From a virus: a stretch of DNA of 45,237 nucleotides. This document shows positions 17,640 to 25,323 of the stretch, piece by piece. Within the stretch, counting starts at the first letter, position 1. Each line of letters starts with the position of its first letter. Below the pieces are notes generated by a model. The model was not told the DNA's origin. It saw only the letters and a program-made list of their open reading frames with translations, and ran no database searches. The translations under genes were made by a program, and so were the position numbers. The DNA lies in IMG/VR virus record IMGVR_UViG_3300043172_000354, one strand, 5' to 3'.

Positions 17640-18596
17640 TTAATTGGATTGAGCTATACACACCCAGTCGATTGTCATTGTATTTACAGTCGTAGTTTCA
17701 GCAAATGCACCGTAACAGACACCCATTCCAGTTGCATCGGGCAAAGAAGCTTCTGTGATATGAGCAGTTCCAGCTACTCCATTAACGTAAGGCGTAATAA
17801 CCTGAACAGCACCAGTCATAACACATTTGAAACCCAACTTAACATAGGTTCCGTCAACAAGACCAGTAACCGCACCAGTTGTTTTTTCCTCGGTTGCTCC
17901 ATCTTCTGTAATAAACCCAAGCGTAGCGGTTGTGTCGCCGTCTTCATGGTAAAAACCTATCTTATCAACAACGTCATCAACAACTCCAGACGGCATTATA
18001 GATGTTAGGGTATCAGTTAAGCCAACAAAGAACATTCCTTCTGCGTCCTGCGTGTGGTCAATTCCAGCAAAAGATACCCTAACCTCAAACCAAATAGTCT
18101 TGGTGTCAGCCGGAATAAAAGGAGTTGCGCTATACATGACAGTCAAACCATCGTTAGGAGAGGCGAACGCTTCTGAGCTTACAACCAGTGCGCCTCCGTC
18201 CACTTCTGACTTTGTAGTCAACCCACTCGTTACTTCTGTTTGAATCCAGTCGGCAATTTCAGTGGTAGACGTTCCTGTGAGGAATCCAGGTATCAGGGAG
18301 CCAGCACCGCCCCATCGAGTCGCGTATGTATGGTAATCATAGAACCCTGCTTCTGGGTCGCCTATTCCGATAGCAACTGGACAGTCTTGCCAGAGTGTCG
18401 GGCTTTTGCCTCTGCTAGAATCTGAAGCAGTTCCAGTAAGGAGTCTGTCTTCAAAATCTTCAACCCACGCCCTGAGCGTGTTTCCGACTAGGTTAGAGTA
18501 AGTTTCCTGACTCCACCACTTAATATCAGCCGAAGACGCACCAAAAGCACTCACTGTCAGCATCATTAAAATTAACAAAACAATAAACTTCTTCAT
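17640..18596 (-). CDS. Virion-module protein of unknown function with signal-peptide-like N-terminus (C-terminal jelly-roll-like domain)
   Basis: The start is set at ATG 18596 (MKKFIVLLILMMLTVSAFGA/SSAD) with GAGGTG 6 nt upstream. The track's GTG at 18605 is 3 codons further upstream. Confidence 0.5.
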   Translation of the reverse strand: MKKFIVLLILMMLTVSAFGASSADIKWWSQETYSNLVGNTLRAWVEDFEDRLLTGTASDSSRGKSPTLWQDCPVAIGIGDPEAGFYDYHTYATRWGGAGSLIPGFLTGTSTTEIADWIQTEVTSGLTTKSEVDGGALVVSSEAFASPNDGLTVMYSATPFIPADTKTIWFEVRVSFAGIDHTQDAEGMFFVGLTDTLTSIMPSGVVDDVVDKIGFYHEDGDTTATLGFITEDGATEEKTTGAVTGLVDGTYVKLGFKCVMTGAVQVITPYVNGVAGTAHITEASLPDATGMGVCYGAFAETTTVNTMTIDWVCIAQSN

Positions 18597-18631
18597 TATA
18601 TACACCTCATAAACTTAAGGATTACTTATTA

Positions 18632-18660
18632 GGTGGTGAGCGACCGATTCGCCCACCACC
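18632..18660 (-). promoter_or_regulatory. Strong GC-rich hairpin after the capsid/decoration genes (no downstream U-tract)
   Basis: ggtggtgagcga-ccgat-tcgcccaccacc forms a 12-bp stem with one mismatch. On the minus transcript the U-run precedes the stem rather than following it, so it is not a canonical terminator. Confidence 0.5.
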
Positions 18661-18686
18661 GGGCAAAAAAGAAAACAGGAAAAATT

Positions 18687-19151
18687 CTAAGTCCTTGCTA
18701 CAGGGACTTTCTGGATCGCGTCATTTTCCGTCAATGGTGCAATGCTAAAGTGTGCGTCAGCAGTCTGGCCGGTAGTAAGCGTGGTACTTGTTGCCTTATA
18801 CCACAAACCGACGAACTTCTGAGTCAAGCTCGAAATACCCTCGATATTCTTGACACAACCAGCAACCAATTCGGCCACGCTTACATGAACTGTACCAAGC
18901 TTTACTTCGGTTCCAGTTGTCATATCAGCGTTGTCGTTGGACAAAAGATCGATGTCCATACCTTCATCGCCTGCAACCTGCCCAGAAAGGGGAGGGATCG
19001 TAATATTTACTATCGCGACAATCTGATCATTTTCGATTATGGTATTGCCGCCGCTTTTTTCCAGTTCCATATCGAATACATGTGTACTCACAATACCTGT
19101 GCTATCAAGAGCGCCAAGTGCTTGAGCGTTACTAAATTCAAGATCGTGCAT
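18687..19151 (-). CDS. Putative capsid decoration/cement protein
   Basis: 154 aa, immediately downstream of the major capsid gene. It has the same AGGGAGTT ribosome-binding site as the capsid gene. The sequence is beta-rich, and the position equals that of Bbp16-type cement proteins in BPP-1-like capsid modules (from memory). Confidence 0.45.
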   Translation of the reverse strand: MHDLEFSNAQALGALDSTGIVSTHVFDMELEKSGGNTIIENDQIVAIVNITIPPLSGQVAGDEGMDIDLLSNDNADMTTGTEVKLGTVHVSVAELVAGCVKNIEGISSLTQKFVGLWYKATSTTLTTGQTADAHFSIAPLTENDAIQKVPVART

Positions 19152-19208
19152 TTTAAAACTCCCTAAATAAATTTATTTATATTTCAACTACTGCCAATTA
19201 CGCAGTTA

Positions 19209-20234
19209 TTACGAAACCACATCCTGGCTGTCAGTCATGATCGTGTCGTCAATGTAACGAATCGGAATATTACCCTGGAAGGCAGTTACCTGCTTGCCAA
19301 ATATTTCCATCGGCGACCACATGAGATTTGCTTTATCCAAAGCGTAAATCTCCATCTGAGTCTTGATGGTTGGGTTGCAGTATATCCGCGTGCGGTTACG
19401 ATCAAAGCGGCCGTTATTGAGCAGCTTGATAAGATTTGCAGTACCGCCGTCTTCAAACGACTTTGAACCACCAACCGTAGGATTGATATTGCAAAGACGA
19501 GCGATTTTGCGGTTGTTACCTACTGCAAGACCAGCCCACGCCTTAAGCTGAGCGACATAAGCATAGTAAGCGGCCAGGGTGTCATCTTCATCAAGGACTT
19601 TTTCTTTGCCCTTATCGCGGATGGACACACCAAACGGGGCATTTCTGCCGAATCCGGCTTGCGGGTAAATTCCATACGCTCCGCCGCTCTCATCCGTATT
19701 CCATTCAACAATCAGAACACTCGTGCCGGCACTTGCATAACCGTTGGACTGTACGTTGTTCAGGCCAGAAGGATTAAGAGAACTGAGCCTTTGAAGCAGA
19801 CCGTTCATGTTCTCGCTACCATCGTCCTGATCGCCATTGATGAAAGCATCAACCACATCTTCGCCGAGCTTACGGGCGTGGCCTTCATCTTCCTGACGCA
19901 ACTTTGTTGCAGGATTTGCCAAAGTGTCGATCTCATCTTCATCGATCTCCCTGCGGCGTTCCATAAGCATAACATCTTCGTACACAACCTGTTTGTTGCG
20001 CTTCGATGCTGTTACACCCTTATACATGGTTCTTTTTGTGCTTTTGACCATTCCAGTATCACGGAGGATCTTATGCTTAAGACCCATATTGGCCTCAACA
20101 AATGGAACGTCCATGAAGAAATCGTCGACCAGTTCATTCATTACACTGATGATAGGCAGAACGGTTTTGCCGTCCGAAGTTTCCTTAGCTCTATCAAGAA
20201 GTGTGTACTTTGTGTTAATGTATTTCGTTGCCAT
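19209..20234 (-). CDS. Major capsid protein (HK97-fold class)
   Basis: 341 aa, directly downstream of the scaffold gene with a strong SD (AGGGAG). The motifs ...NMNGLLQRLSS..., the long central helix region (REIDEDEIDTL...RQEDEGHARKLGEDVVDAF) and the position are typical of this class. Confidence 0.8.
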   Translation of the reverse strand: MATKYINTKYTLLDRAKETSDGKTVLPIISVMNELVDDFFMDVPFVEANMGLKHKILRDTGMVKSTKRTMYKGVTASKRNKQVVYEDVMLMERRREIDEDEIDTLANPATKLRQEDEGHARKLGEDVVDAFINGDQDDGSENMNGLLQRLSSLNPSGLNNVQSNGYASAGTSVLIVEWNTDESGGAYGIYPQAGFGRNAPFGVSIRDKGKEKVLDEDDTLAAYYAYVAQLKAWAGLAVGNNRKIARLCNINPTVGGSKSFEDGGTANLIKLLNNGRFDRNRTRIYCNPTIKTQMEIYALDKANLMWSPMEIFGKQVTAFQGNIPIRYIDDTIMTDSQDVVS

Positions 20235-20237
20235 GCT

Positions 20238-20286
20238 GATAACTCCCTAAAATAATTAATATTACATTTATTTTTCGGGAGTTATC
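20238..20286 (-). promoter_or_regulatory. Hairpin sequestering the capsid-gene Shine-Dalgarno
   Basis: gataactccc (20238-20247) pairs perfectly with gggagttatc (20277-20286) around a 29-nt AT-rich loop. The 3' arm on the mRNA contains the GGGAG located 8 nt before the capsid ATG. Confidence 0.6.
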
Positions 20287-20412
20287 CGCACTATACGGCT
20301 TCCCTGACACTTTGCGGCGGTTTGGCCGGTCTGCCCTTTGCAGACTAAGCATCAGATCTCTTTCGAGGTTGTCTGAACTACTATTTTAAACGACTGAGTT
20401 ACCCTTACGGGT

Positions 20413-21183
20413 TCAGCCTACGACATTTCCACCATCATCGTACTCATAGCTTGGAAAGCCGCCTTCTTCTTTTGTGCTTGATTCACCGAAAACAGTCTTG
20501 CCCTCGTTTACAAGCGGAGCAATCTCGGCTAACAGATTTCTAATCACTGGGTTATTGCCGAGTCCATAATTATCGAGAAGGGTTTTAACTTCCGCCCCGC
20601 CCTTGAACTTCGACAGAGCTTCATCAGTTCCCGTGATAAAGCTATCGTATTTCTCTTTGTGCAGTTCCTTCATGCCAGCAACATCGGCTTCTATGAGAGC
20701 TAGGCCCTTATCCTCTAAGCCTTTGAACTGACCCTGCATAGTTTCAACAACACTGGTCCAGATTTTCTCAACTACACCAGCGGGTGCACCAGAGGCTAAA
20801 GCTGCTTCTTTAACTACCGCTGCAATACCAGTAAAACTATCCTTGTCGTCACCATCTGGAATATCCATTGCGTAACCGTCTGCGGAATCAGGGACACCAA
20901 TAGCCTTGCGGTATGCCTTGATAGCGTCTTCGCTGGCATCTTCACCGGGGATCGTGACCATTCCCTTAGCTCGTTCTGCGAATTTCTCGTCAAAAGCTGC
21001 ATCGCCCTTGGTGATATGGCGCTGAGCACTGACATAGTTCTTCAACAGTGTTGCTTGATCATTCACGTTCTCGAACATTTTAGTCGGCTCTGAGTTCGTT
21101 CCAGGGTCATTATAGTAATCATCGCCAAGGTGTTCTTTCACGGTTTCAAGGTTAATCACGCCATCTGTAAATAAATCATTCAT
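20413..21183 (-). CDS. Scaffolding protein
   Basis: 256 aa, acidic and helical, located between the portal region and the capsid gene (T7 gp9 slot). Confidence 0.6.
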   Translation of the reverse strand: MNDLFTDGVINLETVKEHLGDDYYNDPGTNSEPTKMFENVNDQATLLKNYVSAQRHITKGDAAFDEKFAERAKGMVTIPGEDASEDAIKAYRKAIGVPDSADGYAMDIPDGDDKDSFTGIAAVVKEAALASGAPAGVVEKIWTSVVETMQGQFKGLEDKGLALIEADVAGMKELHKEKYDSFITGTDEALSKFKGGAEVKTLLDNYGLGNNPVIRNLLAEIAPLVNEGKTVFGESSTKEEGGFPSYEYDDGGNVVG

Positions 21184-21452
21184 CTTCGTTTGCCCTTTAA
21201 TAGTCTTTTAATCAATGTTTTCAATTTGCCGGGCCTTACAACAGGCCCATGAATAGTATTCAATAACTGCTTTGCGTAATTGCATAAAGCCTGCTGTTCA
21301 GGTGTTTCGCATTCACGCAGGAAATACAGGTCTGATAGTATATCTTCAAGAACAGCCTTGCCGTATTCGCCTGTAAACACGGCAAGGTATATTCTTTGAC
21401 GTTCCTGATCGTCTGCTTCTACATCTTCAATTGGTTCAAGTCCATTAAGCAT
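21180..21452 (-). CDS. Small conserved capsid-module protein (Bbp19-like, tentative)
   Basis: 90 aa. RIYLAVFTGEYGKAVLEDILSDLYF resembles the Bbp19-like phage domain as I remember it. It overlaps the scaffold start by ATGA. Confidence 0.4.
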   Translation of the reverse strand: MLNGLEPIEDVEADDQERQRIYLAVFTGEYGKAVLEDILSDLYFLRECETPEQQALCNYAKQLLNTIHGPVVRPGKLKTLIKRLLKGKRR

Positions 21453-21681
21453 TTAAAGTCTTCTTGTAGTCTAATGGCCATTTACTTTTGTCACCGAGTT
21501 TCTTTAGAGCCTCAAGTTCAACAGCCTTTTCTTCGGCCATTCTTTTTGCTGCGGCCTGTGCCGCTTCAAACCTTGGGGCATCTGCTGTTACAACAGCAGC
21601 CTCGGTGATCGTACGGGCATCAGATTCAGCCGCCCACCTTGACTCACGTTCTGCATCGGATAGTGCAATTTCGGAAGGCAT
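21445..21681 (-). CDS. Hypothetical protein
   Basis: 78-aa ORF in operon orientation, coupled by overlaps on both sides. Confidence 0.45.
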   Translation of the reverse strand: MPSEIALSDAERESRWAAESDARTITEAAVVTADAPRFEAAQAAAKRMAEEKAVELEALKKLGDKSKWPLDYKKTLNA

Positions 21682-21950
21682 TATTCTTTCGACGCCTCGA
21701 TCAATTTACCTAGTTCAATTACGACCTGCTCCAGTTCAAAGATACGCTTTTCGTGGTCGTTGATCGTGCCAACGCCCATTGTAACCTCTGGAGCCTGTGC
21801 TACCGGTGCTTCATCTGTCTCAGTTTCCGGTTCTTCCTGTGCATCAGTAGTATCATCGAGCAACGCCTGAAGCTCTTTGTTTGTCATCTCGTCATCGTAT
21901 CCAACATTCAATGAACCGAGTTCTGCTTTGAGCTGTTCTTTGTTAGCCAT
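21681..21950 (-). CDS. Hypothetical highly acidic protein
   Basis: 89 aa. DDTTDAQEEPETETDEAPVAQAPE is flanked by helical segments. Confidence 0.45.
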   Translation of the reverse strand: MANKEQLKAELGSLNVGYDDEMTNKELQALLDDTTDAQEEPETETDEAPVAQAPEVTMGVGTINDHEKRIFELEQVVIELGKLIEASKE

Positions 21951-21968
21951 CTTTCTAGCCTTTCAAAA

Positions 21969-22229
21969 TTAAATTATTAGTTTACTTTCAGGGAGTGTCA
22001 ATATAACGCCCTGTTCTTCGACTTCAACTTCAACAACTGATAAGTGTATAGAGTTACCAGTTTGCTTCATATCTATTCGGACACCTTTGTTAAGGGCGGC
22101 CACTTCTTCCAATTCAACAACCGCACTGCCACCTAATTTCCTGAGCAAGCATATAACCATCTGGCTTGCCGATAGCTGCAAAGTCTTCGGTTTTGCGCCT
22201 GAATGCTTGTTTCTTTTGAGTGTTACCAT
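21969..22229 (-). CDS. Hypothetical protein
   Basis: 86-aa ORF in operon orientation. Confidence 0.4.
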   Translation of the reverse strand: MVTLKRNKHSGAKPKTLQLSASQMVICLLRKLGGSAVVELEEVAALNKGVRIDMKQTGNSIHLSVVEVEVEEQGVILTLPESKLII

Positions 22230-22238
22230 GTTATTCTT

Positions 22239-22469
22239 TCATGATTCTTTAAATTCTCTCACCACAAGCTCTCTACCGTCCTCAAGGACAATAGAACCAT
22301 CTATTTGCCCGTGACCACAACAACTAGCCTCTGTTGTAATATTCGCAGCATTCAACGCCGCAACAATATCAGCAATACATAAATCAATATCACATCTACG
22401 TCCATTGATTGCCATTGGAACTTGGCACTCATACGTCCCCATATCGCAACATTTACTTGGTTTTTCCAT
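22239..22469 (-). CDS. Hypothetical Cys-rich (probable metal-binding) protein
   Basis: 76 aa with CC..C...C.....C....SCCGHG. Confidence 0.45.
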   Translation of the reverse strand: MEKPSKCCDMGTYECQVPMAINGRRCDIDLCIADIVAALNAANITTEASCCGHGQIDGSIVLEDGRELVVREFKES

Positions 22470-22475
22470 AAATCA

Positions 22476-22709
22476 CTATCCCTCTCTGATTACATTCATA
22501 TCGCGTATGCACCCTTTAGGGATTGTCATTCTTCCGACCACTTCGTCCGCGCTATCAGATTGAAGGATCGTAACGTAATCCTCTCTATCTTCCAATAAGT
22601 ACCCCACTGAGTTAATATGAACGGGCTTTAGTTGTTCTAATTCGTCCTTAGGTTCCCACCCAGAAGTCACGCCCTTGCTGTCATTCCATATTACTTCTAC
22701 AATTTTCAT
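22476..22709 (-). CDS. Hypothetical protein
   Basis: 77-aa ORF immediately downstream of the portal gene. Confidence 0.45.
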   Translation of the reverse strand: MKIVEVIWNDSKGVTSGWEPKDELEQLKPVHINSVGYLLEDREDYVTILQSDSADEVVGRMTIPKGCIRDMNVIREG

Positions 22710-22720
22710 TTTTGCCCTTT

Positions 22721-24406
22721 CTATGCCGCTGCTATCTGGCTTAATACGCTATCTTGTTCAATGTTTTTCGATAAGTCCGGAACCATGCTCGCTGCTTGTT
22801 CTGCCTGCTGTGCCTGTAATAGCTGTTCTTGTTGCTGTGCTGCAATGGCTTGAATCTCCGCAACATCTTCCCGGCTCAATACTATTTCTTCCGGGGTGTT
22901 GCCTGATTCCAATATCTTCCGCATAAGCTCATCGCCATCATAAACAACGTCCGACTGAGGTGCAACTTCCAGAACCTCGCGTATATTCGCTATGGTATTC
23001 CGCAAAGTGCCAGTCTCGTAGTATTGTTGTAAGATCTGAGCAAGTGGCCCGATGTACTGAATATCGATCCTGCCATTCTGTGACTGCAAAACCTCATCCG
23101 GTACTTCCGGCGCACGGCCTGAGTTTAGCTCGATCTCATATATCCTGTCAAATTCCCGATCAGTGATCCCACCAAGCGTACCCAGGAACGGAGCCATCAA
23201 GACCGCACGTTCTGCCTGCATACCTCTAACCATATCAATATTCTTGTAAGCCGACGCATCTGCACTGTTAAGAGCGAGGAATAAGCCCTTGCCGAATCGG
23301 TTATCTACCAGGTCTTGCCATTTCTCGTGATTGTTCTCGCCAAACGGATAACCACTGCTATCGATCAACCGGGAAACGAGATCGCCCATCTTGAGCCCAC
23401 CCATTTCTTTAGTGCCGACAAACGTCTTACCAGCCGCCCCGGTTCGCAGTTTATGTTTCAGCGACGAAGGAATCAACATTGCCGGTCTTGCTGCCTGTTG
23501 TGATGCTATGAGAATGTCCCTACCCATAAAGTTAGCGGTAAGTATCTCAACAAACATCTGACTTACGATACCGCGACCATACGATTCATTGCTCGGCCTG
23601 TTAAGACTCCATGGTATAGGATTCAATGTCTCGGATCCGTCATCCCTGATAATCTTCTTAAACTCAACATTCAAATACTTATGCTGCCACTTCATATTTT
23701 GAACGCCAGCCTTGCCAGGTTCGTAATCCAGGTTCTTGTGGATGGCGTGGATGATCTCGACTTTCTGGTTTGGATTCGTAGCAAGTGCCAGCTTTTGGCT
23801 TTCGCTTAGACTGCCCTCGCCGAACTCATCCTTGATCTGTCCGATAGTCTTAGTAAATCTGTGGTGAATAGCAGCCACCCGACCCCAGAAATCCCTACGA
23901 ATTCTGAACTCGCGAGGGTGAGGACACATAAACATTTGCTTTCCGGACTCCTTATCCTCCTCGATATACATAAACGAATCACCAATAACGCCGGCATCGT
24001 TGATACTTACAAGTTTCTGATTGTAATAGTTCGCTTCATCGGGTCCGCTCTGAGTAAGAACCGCCCGCAGGTGTGCGTCGGTGTCCTGGAGCCATTGACG
24101 AACTCGCTTACTCTCCATCAGCTTATTGTCCGACATTTGCTGGACCCACCAGTTTGTCGACTTCGGCATGTAGTTTCCAAGTATGCCGTTTCCCCATACC
24201 TCTCTTGCAGCTATGGCCGTGGGGTCATAGATGACGCGGGACTTCTTGGTTCGCTTCTTGTCATCAAAAGTATTATACCAATCCATAGCAGGTTCGCGGC
24301 CGGGGTAAGTCAACTGGATCGCAAGCTCTTTAAGCTTCTCGCAGTCCTTAAACTCTATGTCCATCCGCTCTTGCTCGTCGATTATGTTTTTAGGTGTTAT
24401 TGTCAT
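22721..24406 (-). CDS. Portal protein (podovirus head-to-tail connector type)
   Basis: 561 aa. The N-terminal region ...VIYDPTAIAAREVWGNGILGNYMPKSTNWW... and the Q-rich C-terminal tail resemble T7 gp8-type connectors. It lies downstream of the terminase genes. Confidence 0.8.
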   Translation of the reverse strand: MTITPKNIIDEQERMDIEFKDCEKLKELAIQLTYPGREPAMDWYNTFDDKKRTKKSRVIYDPTAIAAREVWGNGILGNYMPKSTNWWVQQMSDNKLMESKRVRQWLQDTDAHLRAVLTQSGPDEANYYNQKLVSINDAGVIGDSFMYIEEDKESGKQMFMCPHPREFRIRRDFWGRVAAIHHRFTKTIGQIKDEFGEGSLSESQKLALATNPNQKVEIIHAIHKNLDYEPGKAGVQNMKWQHKYLNVEFKKIIRDDGSETLNPIPWSLNRPSNESYGRGIVSQMFVEILTANFMGRDILIASQQAARPAMLIPSSLKHKLRTGAAGKTFVGTKEMGGLKMGDLVSRLIDSSGYPFGENNHEKWQDLVDNRFGKGLFLALNSADASAYKNIDMVRGMQAERAVLMAPFLGTLGGITDREFDRIYEIELNSGRAPEVPDEVLQSQNGRIDIQYIGPLAQILQQYYETGTLRNTIANIREVLEVAPQSDVVYDGDELMRKILESGNTPEEIVLSREDVAEIQAIAAQQQEQLLQAQQAEQAASMVPDLSKNIEQDSVLSQIAAA

Positions 24407-24530
24407 TATGCTATTTCCTCGTGAGCTATGCCAATTCTAAGCCAAGCAAAAGACCATACTTTTTTCTTACCAATTATTCCCCTATTCCATTGCGGGATGA
24501 AGAAATTACTTGAATGATATAAATACATAA

Positions 24531-24728
24531 TTAACCAGCCCCTAAAGTCTTACGCGAAATGTTAGCCTCACCAGTTACTTGATTAAGTTGAGTAGCCCTA
24601 CGCCGCTTTGCTAATTGCTTGCGGGTAGTCTCATCAGCGATATTGCTCTGCTGAATCTTCTGGACCGGCTGAGCAACTTTCTGCGTCGGAGGTCTTTTCG
24701 GTTTTCCGCCAAATAGTGAATTTGTCAT
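24531..24728 (-). CDS. Small basic protein
   Basis: 65 aa, K/R/Q-rich with no TM segment. Confidence 0.4.
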   Translation of the reverse strand: MTNSLFGGKPKRPPTQKVAQPVQKIQQSNIADETTRKQLAKRRRATQLNQVTGEANISRKTLGAG

Positions 24729-24916
24729 TATAGAACCTTATCGTCTTTCCAGTCCAAGATAGTTTGTTTGATCATATACGCTATACCAATAACCGCGATA
24801 ACGATAGCGAACGGAAACTTCTTCGGGTCATCGGCCATTGATGCGATCTGCTGCATGGCTATTACGCCCACGAATACCTTTTTACTTTGTCCGGTTGTCA
24901 TGATGTCACCTTTCAT
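24728..24916 (-). CDS. Small membrane protein (two hydrophobic segments; holin-like topology)
   Basis: 62 aa. Hydrophobic segments VFVGVIAMQQIASMA and FPFAIVIAVIGIAYMI. Confidence 0.4.
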   Translation of the reverse strand: MKGDIMTTGQSKKVFVGVIAMQQIASMADDPKKFPFAIVIAVIGIAYMIKQTILDWKDDKVL

Positions 24917-25304
24917 CTATTGGAGGGCTAGGGTCGCCGTTATTGAATATAGTTTTCATGCCAGCCTCTGTGTATTTCCATGTCGGATCAGTTGGTTTAT
25001 CAGGTGTCGGACTAGGCTCGGCTTCATTGAACCGGATTATTAGTTCTTTTGGATCGTCACCTATTCGCACCGAACCCAAGCTTTGGAACTCTGGCAATGT
25101 AAGCTTAGCAATCCGAGTCACTATTTGTTCGTTTTTCTCAGCCAAGAAAGATTCATATTCTTTTGCAATGGAAATTAGTCTATCATTGTCGGCCACGGAC
25201 ATATCTATCAAACGCCTCAGTTCTTTGTTTTGACTTTGATATTGCCAATGCCCGACCACAATCCCACAGGCCACTCCTATCAAAATTAAAGCTACATTTT
25301 TCAT
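24906..25304 (-). CDS. N-terminally membrane-anchored protein with coiled-coil and Pro-rich region
   Basis: 132 aa. TM segment MKNVALILIGVACGIVVG, then a helical region, then PSPTPDKPTDP. Confidence 0.4.
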   Translation of the reverse strand: MKNVALILIGVACGIVVGHWQYQSQNKELRRLIDMSVADNDRLISIAKEYESFLAEKNEQIVTRIAKLTLPEFQSLGSVRIGDDPKELIIRFNEAEPSPTPDKPTDPTWKYTEAGMKTIFNNGDPSPPIDER

Positions 25305-25323
25305 AATCGGTTTCCTTTTCCCT

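Noticed and set aside
24407-24530. Sigma-70 or sigma-54 promoter boxes upstream of the portal gene (TTGCTT, TAGAAT, TGGCAT)
   Set aside because: Spacings do not fit either consensus: TTGCTT and TAGAAT are only 4 nt apart, and no TTGC follows TGGCAT at N5. No promoter is called.
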